Notes: a model not told the origin generated them from the letters alone. Shown: positions 18,281-28,092, numbered from the stretch's first letter. The stretch: 64,000 nt of DNA from Candidatus Microgenomates bacterium (GCA_016204995.1 JACQJR010000001.1:539034-603033); one strand, 5' to 3'. Translations and numbers: made by a program.

Positions 18281-19321
18281 ATGGTAAATTCTCGCCAAAA
18301 AGGTTTTGCTCCAATCTTAATTTTACTTTTACTGCTAGGTGGTTTAGTAGTCGGCCTTTATCTGGTAAACCAAAGAACTAATCTTTTCCCATTCGCCTAT
18401 ATGCCTTCCAGGCCGATTAGCTGTGCGACTGATGCAGATTGTCTTCCTAATTATAAATGCCAAATCGATCCTGGGGTTAGTGGTGAGTGTATACCAATGA
18501 CACCTTCTCCTACGCCTAGACCTAAACCAACAACCACTCCTATTCCGACTCCTACGCCTGCAAATACAATTTCTGTTAAGCCTTCAGTGGTCACATCGGG
18601 AGATGATCTTATTGTTTCTTGGAATATCTCTAATGCTACCACTAAAGACTATATCAGAATTTTGACATCCGAGGGAAATCAGTATTTTGGTCTTGGTCCT
18701 TTGGGAATAAATCCAAGTAATAACTGTAATTTAAATAATATACCTGGTATAACTGCGCTCCCACAGGGAAGTTGTAAATTTACATCAGCCGCGATAGGTA
18801 GCGCTTTAGGAATATTTAGATTGGGCTATTTCAATCAAGGAGGAAGCTTGCTCACTAAAAGTGAGACATTTAGGGTTAATGCAGCATCATCGGGAGTTCT
18901 TACTGCAATCATAGTCAGTTCGCAAGTCCATTTGAGCTGGAATGGCATTAGTAATGCAACCACAAGCGATTATATTAATTACATTCACGTTAATGACTAT
19001 AGTGGTGCTGGAGTTCATACTTACTGGCCAACCAATAATTGTTCAATTTTCAGCGGTGGCACTACGCCAGTGCCTACGGGAAATTGTGATATAGAATTTC
19101 CGTTTTCTGGAGGAGATTATAGATTAGTTATGTCTAGTGATAACGGGGGTATTTTAGCAATTAGTAATAATATTACTATTCCACCCATATCTTTCGATGG
19201 TTTTAAAAAGGCTTATGGGGCGAAAAAGGGAGAAGCAAATTATGACGCACGATACGACGCTAATAATGACGGTAAGATAGATGTTTTTGATCTAATCCAA
19301 CTCCGTAGTCAATTTAAATAA
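18281..19321 (+). CDS. secreted/anchored protein with Cys-rich module, Pro/Thr linker and C-terminal dockerin-like Ca-binding repeat
   Basis: 346 aa; N-terminal TM ILILLLLLGGLVVGLYLV; TPSPTPRPKPTTTPIPTPTP linker; DANNDGKIDVFDLIQL matches DxNxDGxIDxxD. Confidence 0.5.
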   Translation: MVNSRQKGFAPILILLLLLGGLVVGLYLVNQRTNLFPFAYMPSRPISCATDADCLPNYKCQIDPGVSGECIPMTPSPTPRPKPTTTPIPTPTPANTISVKPSVVTSGDDLIVSWNISNATTKDYIRILTSEGNQYFGLGPLGINPSNNCNLNNIPGITALPQGSCKFTSAAIGSALGIFRLGYFNQGGSLLTKSETFRVNAASSGVLTAIIVSSQVHLSWNGISNATTSDYINYIHVNDYSGAGVHTYWPTNNCSIFSGGTTPVPTGNCDIEFPFSGGDYRLVMSSDNGGILAISNNITIPPISFDGFKKAYGAKKGEANYDARYDANNDGKIDVFDLIQLRSQFK

Positions 19322-19389
19322 CGGTTTACTTCCCGCCCCGGAAGCATTCCTTGACTTTTATTATTTAAGAGAATTATGATAAACAAAGC

Positions 19390-20013
19390 ATGTGGTATCG
19401 GGTGGCCTCTGTTGTAGCTCTCTTAATTTTTGCTGTTGGTGTTTTAACTACTTCTGTTCTGCGAGCGACCCTGCCGGAATATGCTTTTTCTAAGACTAAC
19501 TCCACCCCTAAACCAACTTTGCAAGTGACGGAAGTGGAATATTATCTTGCCTATCCGGGAATTTTGCCGGATCATTTTTTATGGCCGGCCAAAAATCTAC
19601 GCGATAATTTATGGCTCTTTTTAACCACCGATCCTTTAAAAAAGGCCGAGCTTTATTTAGTGCTAGCTGATAAAAGACTGGGGGCGGCGCTGGCATTGGC
19701 TGACGGAGGGAAAGAAAATTTAGCCGCGCCGACTGCCATAGAGGCGGAAAAATATTTACAGCAGGCAGTGGAGAAAGAAACAATTGCCCGTCAGAAAAGA
19801 GCAGATACCGGTCAGTTATTGGATAAGCTGGCTATAGCTACCCTCAAACACCGCCAGGTTTTGGAAGAGATATACAGTCAGGTTGATGAGGGTGAGAGAT
19901 CAGATATCGCCTCTGCTATTGACTATCCCAAAAAGATTTTTAGCCAGCTTAAGTCGGTTTTAGGTGCTCTTAATAGGGCAGTGCCACCTTCTCCTTTTGA
20001 TATTTCCGAGTAA
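19390..20013 (+). CDS. DUF5667-like membrane-anchored protein
   Basis: 207 aa; N-terminal TM; ILPDHFLWPAKNLRDN...KKAELYLVLADKRLGAA resembles the PxxxLYxxK...AELHL core of DUF5667. Confidence 0.4.
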   Translation: MWYRVASVVALLIFAVGVLTTSVLRATLPEYAFSKTNSTPKPTLQVTEVEYYLAYPGILPDHFLWPAKNLRDNLWLFLTTDPLKKAELYLVLADKRLGAALALADGGKENLAAPTAIEAEKYLQQAVEKETIARQKRADTGQLLDKLAIATLKHRQVLEEIYSQVDEGERSDIASAIDYPKKIFSQLKSVLGALNRAVPPSPFDISE

Positions 20014-20192
20014 ATATTTTATATATCAAATTTTGATGAGAGTAGTGATGATTTTTGCCCGACTAGCTTTCAGGAAAATTTAGCAAAATTTTTTAGCTTG
20101 GTTTTATCCGTAGACTGCCCATCTCTGATACACATTTTTATAGTTGACAGATTTTGGCCCGACAGGCAATTATAGGGTTGTAAACAACATCT

Positions 20193-22658
20193 ATGGAATT
20201 AGTCACTTTAAACGATACCAAAATACAAAAGAAGAAAAGGACTAATGGTAACGGTCATAGTAACGGTGACCTTAAAACCATTTTTGCTCCCAAACCTCAT
20301 TTTGTTTCTATGGATTATGGAACAGAACTTATCGGCATTCGCCGCGATATATTTTTGGATAGATATTCACTAAAAGATATTGATGGTAAAGCTTTGGAAA
20401 CTTACCCGGAGCAGATGTGGCGGAGAGTGGCTTGGGGAATTGCCCAAGTGGAAAAAAATGATAAATTAAAACTGGCATGGGAAGACAAATTTTATCAGGC
20501 AATGAGCGACTTTAAATTTGTCCCGGCTGGCCGCATTTTATCCGGCGCTGGTACTGGATACGAGGTGACTTTTTATAATTGCTACGTCATTCCCAGTCCG
20601 CCCGACTCCAGACACGGCATTATGCAAAATATTGAACTGACGGTGGAAATTCAAGCCCGAGGTGGCGGAGTAGGTATCAATTTATCATCGTTGCGTCCGC
20701 GTGGGGCCCGGGTGAAAAAAGTTAATGGTACTTCTTCCGGCCCGGTTAATTGGGCTGAGCTTTATTCTACCGCCAATCATGATGTTATTCAGCAGGGTGG
20801 CTCCAGACGCGGCGCCTTAATGTTAATGATTAACGATTGGCATCCGGATATAGAAGAATTTATTACCGTCAAACAGGATTTAAGGAAAATTCCTGGAGCT
20901 AATTTATCAGTTTGTGTCAGCGAGGCTTTTATGAAGGCGGTTCGCGAGGATGGGGAGTGGCAAACGGTTTTTCCCGATTTTACTACGTCGCTGTATGATG
21001 AGCTGTGGGATGGAGATTTACAAAAGTGGCAGGAGAGAGACTTGCCGGTTAAAGTTTATAAAACCTTTAAGGCTCGCTATTTGTGGGATTTAATTGCCGA
21101 GGCGGCCTGGAGAAGCGCCGAGCCGGGAGTGGTTTTTATTGACCGCTATAACGAAATATCTAACTCTTGGTATTTTGAAAAAATTATTGCCACCAATCCT
21201 TGCGGCGAACAAGGTTTGGGCGCTTGGGGAGTTTGTAATTTAGGACATATTAATTTATTGCCTTTTGTCAAAGACGGCAAAATGGATTATGAAAGTCTTC
21301 GTGAGCATGTCGCCATTGCTACCAGATTTTTAGATAATGTTATTGACTCCAATTATTATTTTGCCAAAGAAAATGAAGATGCCCAAAAATATGGTATTAG
21401 ACGAACTGGTTTGGGAACATTGGGACTGGCTGATGCTTTAATTAAAATGGGTATTCGTTACGGTAGCGAAGAGTCACTTTCCGAGATAGAAAAAATTTAT
21501 CAAATCATCCGTGACACAGCTTATGAAACTTCTGCAGATCTCTCTCGCGAGAAAGGGCCTTTTGCTAAATTTGAGAAAGAAAAATATTTGCAGAGCAAGT
21601 TTGTGAGCCAGTTGCCCCAAAATATCAAAAATAAAATTGCCAAACAGGGGATTAGGAATGGAATTTTACTTACTCAAGCGCCCACCGGCACCATCTCGCT
21701 TTTGGCCGGAGTTTCCAGCGGCATTGAGCCAGTTTATGAATTTAGCTACCGTCGAAATGATCGAACAGGGGAACATATTGTTAATCATCCGCTTTATCAA
21801 GATTGGCTAGACAAAAATCCCGCCCAGGGCGGCGAAGACGTACCGGATTATTTTGTCAGTGCCGGCGAGTTAACGCCGGAAGAACATATCAGAGTGCAGG
21901 CCATGGTGCAAAAATATACCGATGCCTCCATTTCTAAAACTGTTAATGCGCCTAATGCCCATACTGTGGACGATGTTAAAAATCTTTTTAATTTGGCTTA
22001 TAAATTAGGCTGTAAGGGAGTGACTTACTTCCGTGATGGTTCAAGAATGGGTGTGTTATCTAAAGTGGATGAGGAAAAACCAACCGTCGTCATTCAACAA
22101 GAATCGGTTAAGATACGACCGGTTAAGGCAATGGGTGCCACCTACCGAATTCCTACGCCGATGGGCAGCGCTTTTATCACCATTAATGAAGATGAAAATG
22201 GCGAACCGCTAGAAGTATTTTTGAATGTGGGGAAAGCCGGGTCAGATGTGACAGCCATGGCGGAAGCTTTGGGCCGACTTATTTCTACCTCTTTGAGATT
22301 ACGGGGTAATTTGTCGGCTCGGGAAAGAGTAGTAGAAATTGCCAATCAGCTGGCAGGAATCGGCGGCAGAAGATCATTAGGTTTTGGGCCGGATAAAGTC
22401 CGCTCTTTGCCGGATGCGATAGCCACAGCTTTAAGTATTCACTGCGGAGTCAAAATGAATGGTAATGGTAAAACTCATGATGAAGGAAAAGAAGTAGAAA
22501 CTTTACTGGAAAATTCTGAAAAGCAGCCTAGTTTTACCAATGGGAAACCCTCTTTGCATGCCGCTAAATTTGATCTTTGTCCGGAATGCGGAGCCAGCAG
22601 TATGGTTTACGAAGAAGGTTGCGCCAAATGTTACGAATGCGGCCATAGTGAGTGCTGA
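20193..22658 (+). CDS. nrdJ: ribonucleotide reductase, class II (adenosylcobalamin-dependent)
   Basis: 821 aa; active-site NPCGEQ and CNLG motifs; C-terminal CPECG...CAKCYECGHSEC zinc ribbon. Confidence 0.85.
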   Translation: MELVTLNDTKIQKKKRTNGNGHSNGDLKTIFAPKPHFVSMDYGTELIGIRRDIFLDRYSLKDIDGKALETYPEQMWRRVAWGIAQVEKNDKLKLAWEDKFYQAMSDFKFVPAGRILSGAGTGYEVTFYNCYVIPSPPDSRHGIMQNIELTVEIQARGGGVGINLSSLRPRGARVKKVNGTSSGPVNWAELYSTANHDVIQQGGSRRGALMLMINDWHPDIEEFITVKQDLRKIPGANLSVCVSEAFMKAVREDGEWQTVFPDFTTSLYDELWDGDLQKWQERDLPVKVYKTFKARYLWDLIAEAAWRSAEPGVVFIDRYNEISNSWYFEKIIATNPCGEQGLGAWGVCNLGHINLLPFVKDGKMDYESLREHVAIATRFLDNVIDSNYYFAKENEDAQKYGIRRTGLGTLGLADALIKMGIRYGSEESLSEIEKIYQIIRDTAYETSADLSREKGPFAKFEKEKYLQSKFVSQLPQNIKNKIAKQGIRNGILLTQAPTGTISLLAGVSSGIEPVYEFSYRRNDRTGEHIVNHPLYQDWLDKNPAQGGEDVPDYFVSAGELTPEEHIRVQAMVQKYTDASISKTVNAPNAHTVDDVKNLFNLAYKLGCKGVTYFRDGSRMGVLSKVDEEKPTVVIQQESVKIRPVKAMGATYRIPTPMGSAFITINEDENGEPLEVFLNVGKAGSDVTAMAEALGRLISTSLRLRGNLSARERVVEIANQLAGIGGRRSLGFGPDKVRSLPDAIATALSIHCGVKMNGNGKTHDEGKEVETLLENSEKQPSFTNGKPSLHAAKFDLCPECGASSMVYEEGCAKCYECGHSEC

Positions 22659-22661
22659 TAG

Positions 22662-22705
22662 AGCTTAGATTTTAGAGATTAGAACTTAGAAATTAGTTAA
22701 GGAAT
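22662..22705. repeat. 'tagaa' simple-repeat spacer (gagcttagattttagagattagaacttagaaattag)
   Basis: read directly downstream of nrdJ. Confidence 0.6.
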
Positions 22706-22755
22706 TTTTAGCCTGCCCTATTCCTGAACATCTAAAATCTATTATCTAACTTCAA

Positions 22756-23307
22756 ATGTCTATTTATACACGCCGCGGCGACACTGGCCAGACCAGTTTG
22801 TATGGAAGCCGAGAACGATATGCTAAAACCGACACCCGCTTTGTCGCTTTGGGAACAATTGATGAGCTTAATGCGCACCTCGGGTTGGTTTCTAGTGGAT
22901 GCACCGACCGAAGAGTTAAACGAGAGCTTACCGCAATCCAACAAACCATCTTTGAAATAGGGGCAGAAATTGCCGCGTCAAACGCGGCTAGCGCCACCTT
23001 CAAATTAAAGAAATCTGCTACCACCAGGCTGGAAAAATGGATTGACTTTTATTGGAATAAGTTACCGCCTTTAGCTAATTTTATTTTACCGGGAGGGAGT
23101 GAGGCGGCCGCCCAAACTCATATTGCCCGCACTGTCTGCCGCCGGGCCGAAAGGGCAATAGTGCGCCTGAATGATAAGGAAAGTGTAAACCCTAATATCT
23201 TAACCCACATTAATCGTTTATCAGATTATCTGTTGGCCTTAGCCCGTTGGGTAAATTACTTGGAAGGGGTGGGGGAGATTATTTGGCAAGGCGCTAAGAA
23301 AAAATAA
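22756..23307 (+). CDS. ATP:cob(I)alamin adenosyltransferase, PduO type
   Basis: 183 aa; N-terminal IYTRRGDTGQTSLYG typical of PduO/MMAB-type adenosyltransferases. Confidence 0.8.
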   Translation: MSIYTRRGDTGQTSLYGSRERYAKTDTRFVALGTIDELNAHLGLVSSGCTDRRVKRELTAIQQTIFEIGAEIAASNAASATFKLKKSATTRLEKWIDFYWNKLPPLANFILPGGSEAAAQTHIARTVCRRAERAIVRLNDKESVNPNILTHINRLSDYLLALARWVNYLEGVGEIIWQGAKKK

Positions 23308-23314
23308 CTGCCTC

Positions 23315-23356
23315 TTGACAAATTAATAATGACCATGCTACCATGACTATGGTCAT
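23315..23356 (+). promoter_or_regulatory. TTGACA promoter plus operator-like inverted repeat tgaccat-N11-atggtca overlapping the antitoxin start
   Basis: cttgacaaattaataatgaccatgctaccatgactatggtcatgc read directly. Confidence 0.45.
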
Positions 23357-23582
23357 GCAACAGCTAATTTCTAAATCTCAATTCAAAGCGCAACTATTGG
23401 AATATCTACGCATGGTAGAAAAGAAGAAACAACCTTTAATCGTGACACATGAAGGTAAGCCGGTAGTAAAAGTAATTCCTTATCAGGATGAATCAGTGTT
23501 GCAATCTCTTCGCAATACAGTTACTTATTATCACCTGCCGACAGAGCCGATAGGAGTTAAAAACTGGGAAGCTATAAAATGA
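23343..23582 (+). CDS. Phd/YefM-like antitoxin
   Basis: 79 aa; SKSQFKAQLLEYLRMVEK...PLIVTHEGKPVVKVIPY pattern; translationally coupled to the PIN gene; true start may be a downstream Met. Confidence 0.5.
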   Translation: MTMVMQQLISKSQFKAQLLEYLRMVEKKKQPLIVTHEGKPVVKVIPYQDESVLQSLRNTVTYYHLPTEPIGVKNWEAIK

Positions 23583-23977
23583 TTATTTTAGATACACATA
23601 CTCTTGTATGGTGGGTGAGTAATCCAGAAAAGCTATCCGCCAAGTCGCGAAAAGCAATAGAAGGCGAATTAAAGAAAAAGAAAGAGATTTTAGTTTCTTC
23701 AATTAGCGTGTGGGAAATTTGTTTATTAGTTAAGAAAGAAAGGCTGCAATTAACTATGGATATTGAGAGCTGGATTGATAAAATTAGCCAGCTATCCGCG
23801 TTTAAATTTATTGCCGTTGATAATCAAATTGCCGCCAAATCTGTTAATTTACCAGGCGTATTTCATGATGATCCAGCAGATAGAATGATTGTGGCGACAG
23901 CCCTAGAGTCTGGCGCGAGTCTTATAACTAGTGATAAAAGAATTAGAAAATATTCTCCCGTCAGATCTATTTGGTAA
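23579..23977 (+). CDS. vapC: PIN-domain toxin (VapC family)
   Basis: 132 aa; MIILDTHTLVWW N-terminus; start overlaps antitoxin stop (ATGA). Confidence 0.7.
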   Translation: MIILDTHTLVWWVSNPEKLSAKSRKAIEGELKKKKEILVSSISVWEICLLVKKERLQLTMDIESWIDKISQLSAFKFIAVDNQIAAKSVNLPGVFHDDPADRMIVATALESGASLITSDKRIRKYSPVRSIW

Positions 23978-24059
23978 ATGACGAGGTTTGACCCCGTATT
24001 ATCCGTAGTAGCTTATTTTTCTTCGCAAAATTATTCACCAGAAATGTTACAATATAAGT

Positions 24060-24356
24060 ATGGAAATTAAGACCATTCCGATGGTGGAGCATTTGCCCAA
24101 TGGCAGTCAGCCGTATCCGAAACTAGATGGCATGCCGGTAGGGTCGGTGGGACACGTAGGTGAACACGCCGAACACGAACCGATTGTCAGTGGCGGTCAG
24201 ATAGTAGCGGCACCCCCAGGACATGGTGTCCAGGTTAAGACTATCCCTTCAGCAGAAGAGGTGGAAAAGAGGATGAAAGAAAAGGCCGAGGAAGGTGGCA
24301 GATGGTGGGCAGTTTTTGGAAAGAGAGAAGGATTAAAGAAAGGCAATAGGGTTTAG
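24060..24356 (+). CDS. hypothetical protein
   Basis: 98-aa ORF, Gly/His-rich, no recognisable motif. Confidence 0.25.
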   Translation: MEIKTIPMVEHLPNGSQPYPKLDGMPVGSVGHVGEHAEHEPIVSGGQIVAAPPGHGVQVKTIPSAEEVEKRMKEKAEEGGRWWAVFGKREGLKKGNRV

Positions 24357-24420
24357 GCAATAGGCACTAGAAAGGAAACTTCCTACTAATGCCTAGTTAC
24401 TATTGCCTAGTGCCTAATTA
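24347..24420. repeat. 'aggcactag/ctagtgcct' inverted-repeat element
   Basis: ggcaataggcactagaaagg...ctactaatgcctagttactattgcctagtgcctaatt; sister copy at 59022-59125. Confidence 0.65.
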
Positions 24421-24422
24421 TT

Positions 24423-26762
24423 ATGGAATTTACCGCGCCAGTTACCAATAATATCAACCTTATTTTTTTAATTTTAATTTCTATTGGCCTATTAGGTCTA
24501 GCCGGGGCCATCTTGTTTTACATCGGCTTTACCCTTTTCCGTTTTCGCGACCGGGAAGAACGGTCATTATCCGGCGTACTGTTGCAAGTGGCTGTGCCGC
24601 GGGATAATGAAATCAAAATTGATGCGGCTGAACAGATGTTTGCCGCCCTTACTTCCATTAAAAAAGGCGGTTTCCGGCAAAAGTTTAAAAGCCAAGACAC
24701 GATCTCTTTTGAGATTGTGGCCAGGCAGGAAGATATTCGTTTTTATGTCTGGACACCCAAGCGGCTGATGGATTTAATTGAAAAACAAATTCATGGGGCC
24801 TACCCCGATGCAGAAGTGATAGAAGTAGAAGACCAAAATATTTTCGCCGCAGGAGGAAAAGTAGCATATGGGGCGCTGCAGCTGCGCGGCCTGCCTTATT
24901 ATCCTCTTAAAACTTATAAGGAACTGGCGACGGATCCGTTGTCGCTTTTGACAACAGCTCTAGCCAAGATGGGGCCGAACGAGGCGGCGGCTGTTCAGAT
25001 ATTAATTTCGCCAGCCGAAATGGATTGGCGGGGCTCGGGCCGATCTTTTATCTCTGGCACTAAAAAATCTGAAGCCGATCCGCAAAAAGCCAGTTACAAA
25101 GTAGATGCCAAGTCGCTGGAGGCTATAGAAAATAAAGTAGGCAAACCTGGTTTTGAAACCTCTATTAGAATTGTCGCTACGGCCCCGGAGATGGAAACGG
25201 CCAAGATGAATTTGGCTAATATTAGATCTGCCTTTGAGCAATTCTCCGGTGAGAATAATGGATTTAAAGGACGAAAAATTCGCAATAAAGGATCTTTTGT
25301 GACTGATTTTCTATATCGTTATCAACCGATGTTTCATGTCTTTGGCAACCACCCTTCTATTTTAAACAGTGAAGAGCTAGCTACTATTTTCCATTGGCCT
25401 AATAAACAAATTACGACTCCTCATATTTATTGGATTTATTCCCGTCGGGCTCCAGCTCCGGCCCAAATTCCTACAGAAGGGCTTTATATTGGTAAAAGTA
25501 GTTATCGGGGGATTGAGCGACCGGTTTATATTTCCGACAGCGATCGCAACCGCCATATTTATATTGTCGGTAAAACCGGTACCGGCAAATCAGAACTCTT
25601 GAAGGAATTGGTTTTACAAGATATCCGGGCCGGTAAAGGAGTTTGTTTTATTGATCCCCACGACACGATTGAGAAAATTTTACCCTTCATTCCGCCGGAG
25701 AGAGCAGAGGACGTGATTTATTTTTATCCGCGTGATTTTGACCGACCAATGGGATTAAATCTCCTGGAGGCAGAAACGGAAGAACAAAAGCATTTTATTA
25801 CTTCCAGTATCATTAATATGTTTTATAAATTATTTGATCCTTACCGCACCGGTATTGTCGGTCCTCGTTTTGAACATGGAATTCGTAATGCCATGCTGAC
25901 AGCCATGTCCGAGCCCGGCTCCACGTTTGTGGAAGTAGTGCGGATTATGACTGATGCCCGTTTTGTTCAGGAATTATTGCCTAAAGTGTCTGATCCGGTG
26001 GTGCGGCGTTACTGGACTGACCAGATTGCTCAAACCTCGGATTTTCATAAAAGCGAAGTTTTAGATTACACCGTTTCTAAATTTGGCCGCTTTGTCACCG
26101 ATAAAATGATCAGAAATATTATTGGTCAAAGTCAGAGCTCTTTTGATTTTAGAAAAGTAATGGATGAAGGAAAAATTTTACTGATTAATTTAGCCAAAGG
26201 TGAAATCGGGGAGGAGAATTGTAACTTTTTGGGAACGATTTTAATTCCGCGGCTTTTGATTGCTGCCATGTCCAGACAGGATGTGCCGGAAAGAGAGCGG
26301 CGGGATTTTTATCTCTATGTGGATGAATTTCAGAATTTTGCCACGCCCGACTTTGCCCAGATTTTATCAGAAGCCCGAAAATATAAATTGAGTTTGTGTG
26401 TGGCCAACCAATTTGTTGGTCAAATTGAAGAGGAGGTTAAAAACGCCATCTTTGGTAATGTCGGTAGTTTAATGTGCTTCCGGGTGGGAGTGCCGGATGC
26501 CAATTACTTGGCTCGCGAATTTGCCCCAGTCTTTTCCGAGGAAGATTTATTAAACATTGAGCGTTTCCATGTTTATATGAAGACCATTGTTAATAACGAG
26601 CCAGTGCCGCCTTTCTCGGTAGATTTAACCAAAGACGTAGCGGCCGAGGAAAAACAAGCTAATCCTCGCGTGGCAGAGCTTATCCGCGAAATGTCTCGCC
26701 TTAAATATGGCCGCGATCGGATAGCGGTGGAAGCGGAGATTGAAAGAAGAGCTAAATTATAG
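24423..26762 (+). CDS. membrane-anchored P-loop ATPase of the FtsK/HerA/VirD4 (type IV coupling protein-like) superfamily
   Basis: 779 aa; N-terminal TM pair; Walker A IVGKTGTGKSELLK ~residue 375; Walker B YLYVDEFQNF; no other secretion or conjugation genes nearby. Confidence 0.5.
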   Translation: MEFTAPVTNNINLIFLILISIGLLGLAGAILFYIGFTLFRFRDREERSLSGVLLQVAVPRDNEIKIDAAEQMFAALTSIKKGGFRQKFKSQDTISFEIVARQEDIRFYVWTPKRLMDLIEKQIHGAYPDAEVIEVEDQNIFAAGGKVAYGALQLRGLPYYPLKTYKELATDPLSLLTTALAKMGPNEAAAVQILISPAEMDWRGSGRSFISGTKKSEADPQKASYKVDAKSLEAIENKVGKPGFETSIRIVATAPEMETAKMNLANIRSAFEQFSGENNGFKGRKIRNKGSFVTDFLYRYQPMFHVFGNHPSILNSEELATIFHWPNKQITTPHIYWIYSRRAPAPAQIPTEGLYIGKSSYRGIERPVYISDSDRNRHIYIVGKTGTGKSELLKELVLQDIRAGKGVCFIDPHDTIEKILPFIPPERAEDVIYFYPRDFDRPMGLNLLEAETEEQKHFITSSIINMFYKLFDPYRTGIVGPRFEHGIRNAMLTAMSEPGSTFVEVVRIMTDARFVQELLPKVSDPVVRRYWTDQIAQTSDFHKSEVLDYTVSKFGRFVTDKMIRNIIGQSQSSFDFRKVMDEGKILLINLAKGEIGEENCNFLGTILIPRLLIAAMSRQDVPERERRDFYLYVDEFQNFATPDFAQILSEARKYKLSLCVANQFVGQIEEEVKNAIFGNVGSLMCFRVGVPDANYLAREFAPVFSEEDLLNIERFHVYMKTIVNNEPVPPFSVDLTKDVAAEEKQANPRVAELIREMSRLKYGRDRIAVEAEIERRAKL

Positions 26763-26822
26763 TAAACTCTATTTAGGAGTCTAATTGGTCGCTCGTGGGG
26801 CGGCTTTTTTGTTGTCAAATTT

Positions 26823-27983
26823 ATGAAAAAAAGACCATTATTTTTCCTTTACCTGACGGTGTTTATTAACATGATCGGTTTTGGCATGGTGTTTCCCTTA
26901 ATTCCTTTTTATGCCCAGGAATTTGGAGCGACTGCTTGGGAAGTAGGTTTGTTATTTGCTTCATTTTCCATCGTCCAATTTTTCTCTTCACCCATTTTAG
27001 GTAGAATTTCTGACCGTTTTGGCAGAAAACCAGTTCTATTTTGGGGAATGATTTTGGGAAGTGCCTCCATTTTTTTTACCGGTATTGCCGGTAGTCTGAC
27101 CCAGCTTTTTGTAGCCCGTTCTCTCCATGGGGCAGTGACGGCGGCGGTTCTTCCTACCGCCCGGGCTTATATGGCCGATGTGACACCGCCGGAAAGTAGA
27201 ATCGCCGCCATGGGTAAGGTGGGAGCGGCTTTCGCCTTGGGTTTTATGATTGGACCGGCCTTTGGTTCGGCCCTAGTGGGTTGGGGTGGAATTCACATGC
27301 CGTTTTTTGCGGCCTCGCTGATTGCTCTTTTCAACGCTTTATTTTTATGGCTCTTGCTGCCCGAATCTTTGGCTCAAAAGTCAGAGAAACTGGTGATTAA
27401 AGAAGGAATTTTTAATTTATTCCGCATTTTTTCTCATTTAAAAAGCGAACCAGGAATTTTATTTGGGGTGCTTTTTGTCTGGTCTTTTGGGCTGTCCAAT
27501 AATCAAGTGGCTTTTCCACTCTTAGTCAGCAGTAAATTTTCTCTAGGGGCTGATCACATTGGCTATTTCTTTACCGCCATTGCTTTAGTCTCGGCGGTAG
27601 TCCAAGGTGGCTTTTTAGCTAGAATTGTCAAACTTTTAGGGGAAAAACCAACGCTTTTTGCCGGCATGTTATTGCAGGGGGCGGGCCTATTTTTCATTAT
27701 TTTTGCCCCTAGTGTAGCAATACTAGCGGTTTCTTTTATGGTGGCAGGCTTTGGCAGTGCTCTAAACAGACCGACGGCAGAAGGAATTATTTCACGGCTG
27801 GCCGAGACTGGACAAGGGACGACTTTGGGAGTGGCTAACTCTTTTGAAAGCTTGGGAAGAGTGTTTGGGCCGCTCTTAGGAGGTAGTTTGTATGGGGTAA
27901 ATCCGGCATTTCCCTTTATTTTTTCGGCCGCGCTGTTATGGGGTTTAGGCGTCTTTTCCCTTCGTTTTTTGAAGGTGAAGTGA
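26823..27983 (+). CDS. MFS transporter
   Basis: 386 aa, 12 TM; GRISDRFGRKPVL motif between TM2 and TM3. Confidence 0.8.
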   Translation: MKKRPLFFLYLTVFINMIGFGMVFPLIPFYAQEFGATAWEVGLLFASFSIVQFFSSPILGRISDRFGRKPVLFWGMILGSASIFFTGIAGSLTQLFVARSLHGAVTAAVLPTARAYMADVTPPESRIAAMGKVGAAFALGFMIGPAFGSALVGWGGIHMPFFAASLIALFNALFLWLLLPESLAQKSEKLVIKEGIFNLFRIFSHLKSEPGILFGVLFVWSFGLSNNQVAFPLLVSSKFSLGADHIGYFFTAIALVSAVVQGGFLARIVKLLGEKPTLFAGMLLQGAGLFFIIFAPSVAILAVSFMVAGFGSALNRPTAEGIISRLAETGQGTTLGVANSFESLGRVFGPLLGGSLYGVNPAFPFIFSAALLWGLGVFSLRFLKVK

Positions 27984-27995
27984 TATACTACAATT

Positions 27996-28090
27996 CAGAT
28001 AATCAGTGATCAGAAAACTCAGAAAGCCAGAAAATCTGAATGTCTGAATTTCTGATACTCCGGTATTCCGAGTTTTCCGGTTATCTGAAT
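27996..28090. repeat. imperfect inverted-repeat element of the 'cagaa/ttctg' family
   Basis: cagataatcagtgatcagaaaactcagaaagccagaaaatctgaa...ccgagttttccggttatctgaat; terminal cagataa/ttatctg inverted. Confidence 0.7.
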
Positions 28091-28092
28091 TT

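Noticed and set aside
20020-20192. Possible cobalamin riboswitch or NrdR boxes upstream of nrdJ
   Set aside because: No B12-box-like conserved core and no tandem 16-bp NrdR palindromes are recognisable by eye. Only a TTGACA promoter and a short direct repeat are seen. An Rfam scan would be needed to rule it out.
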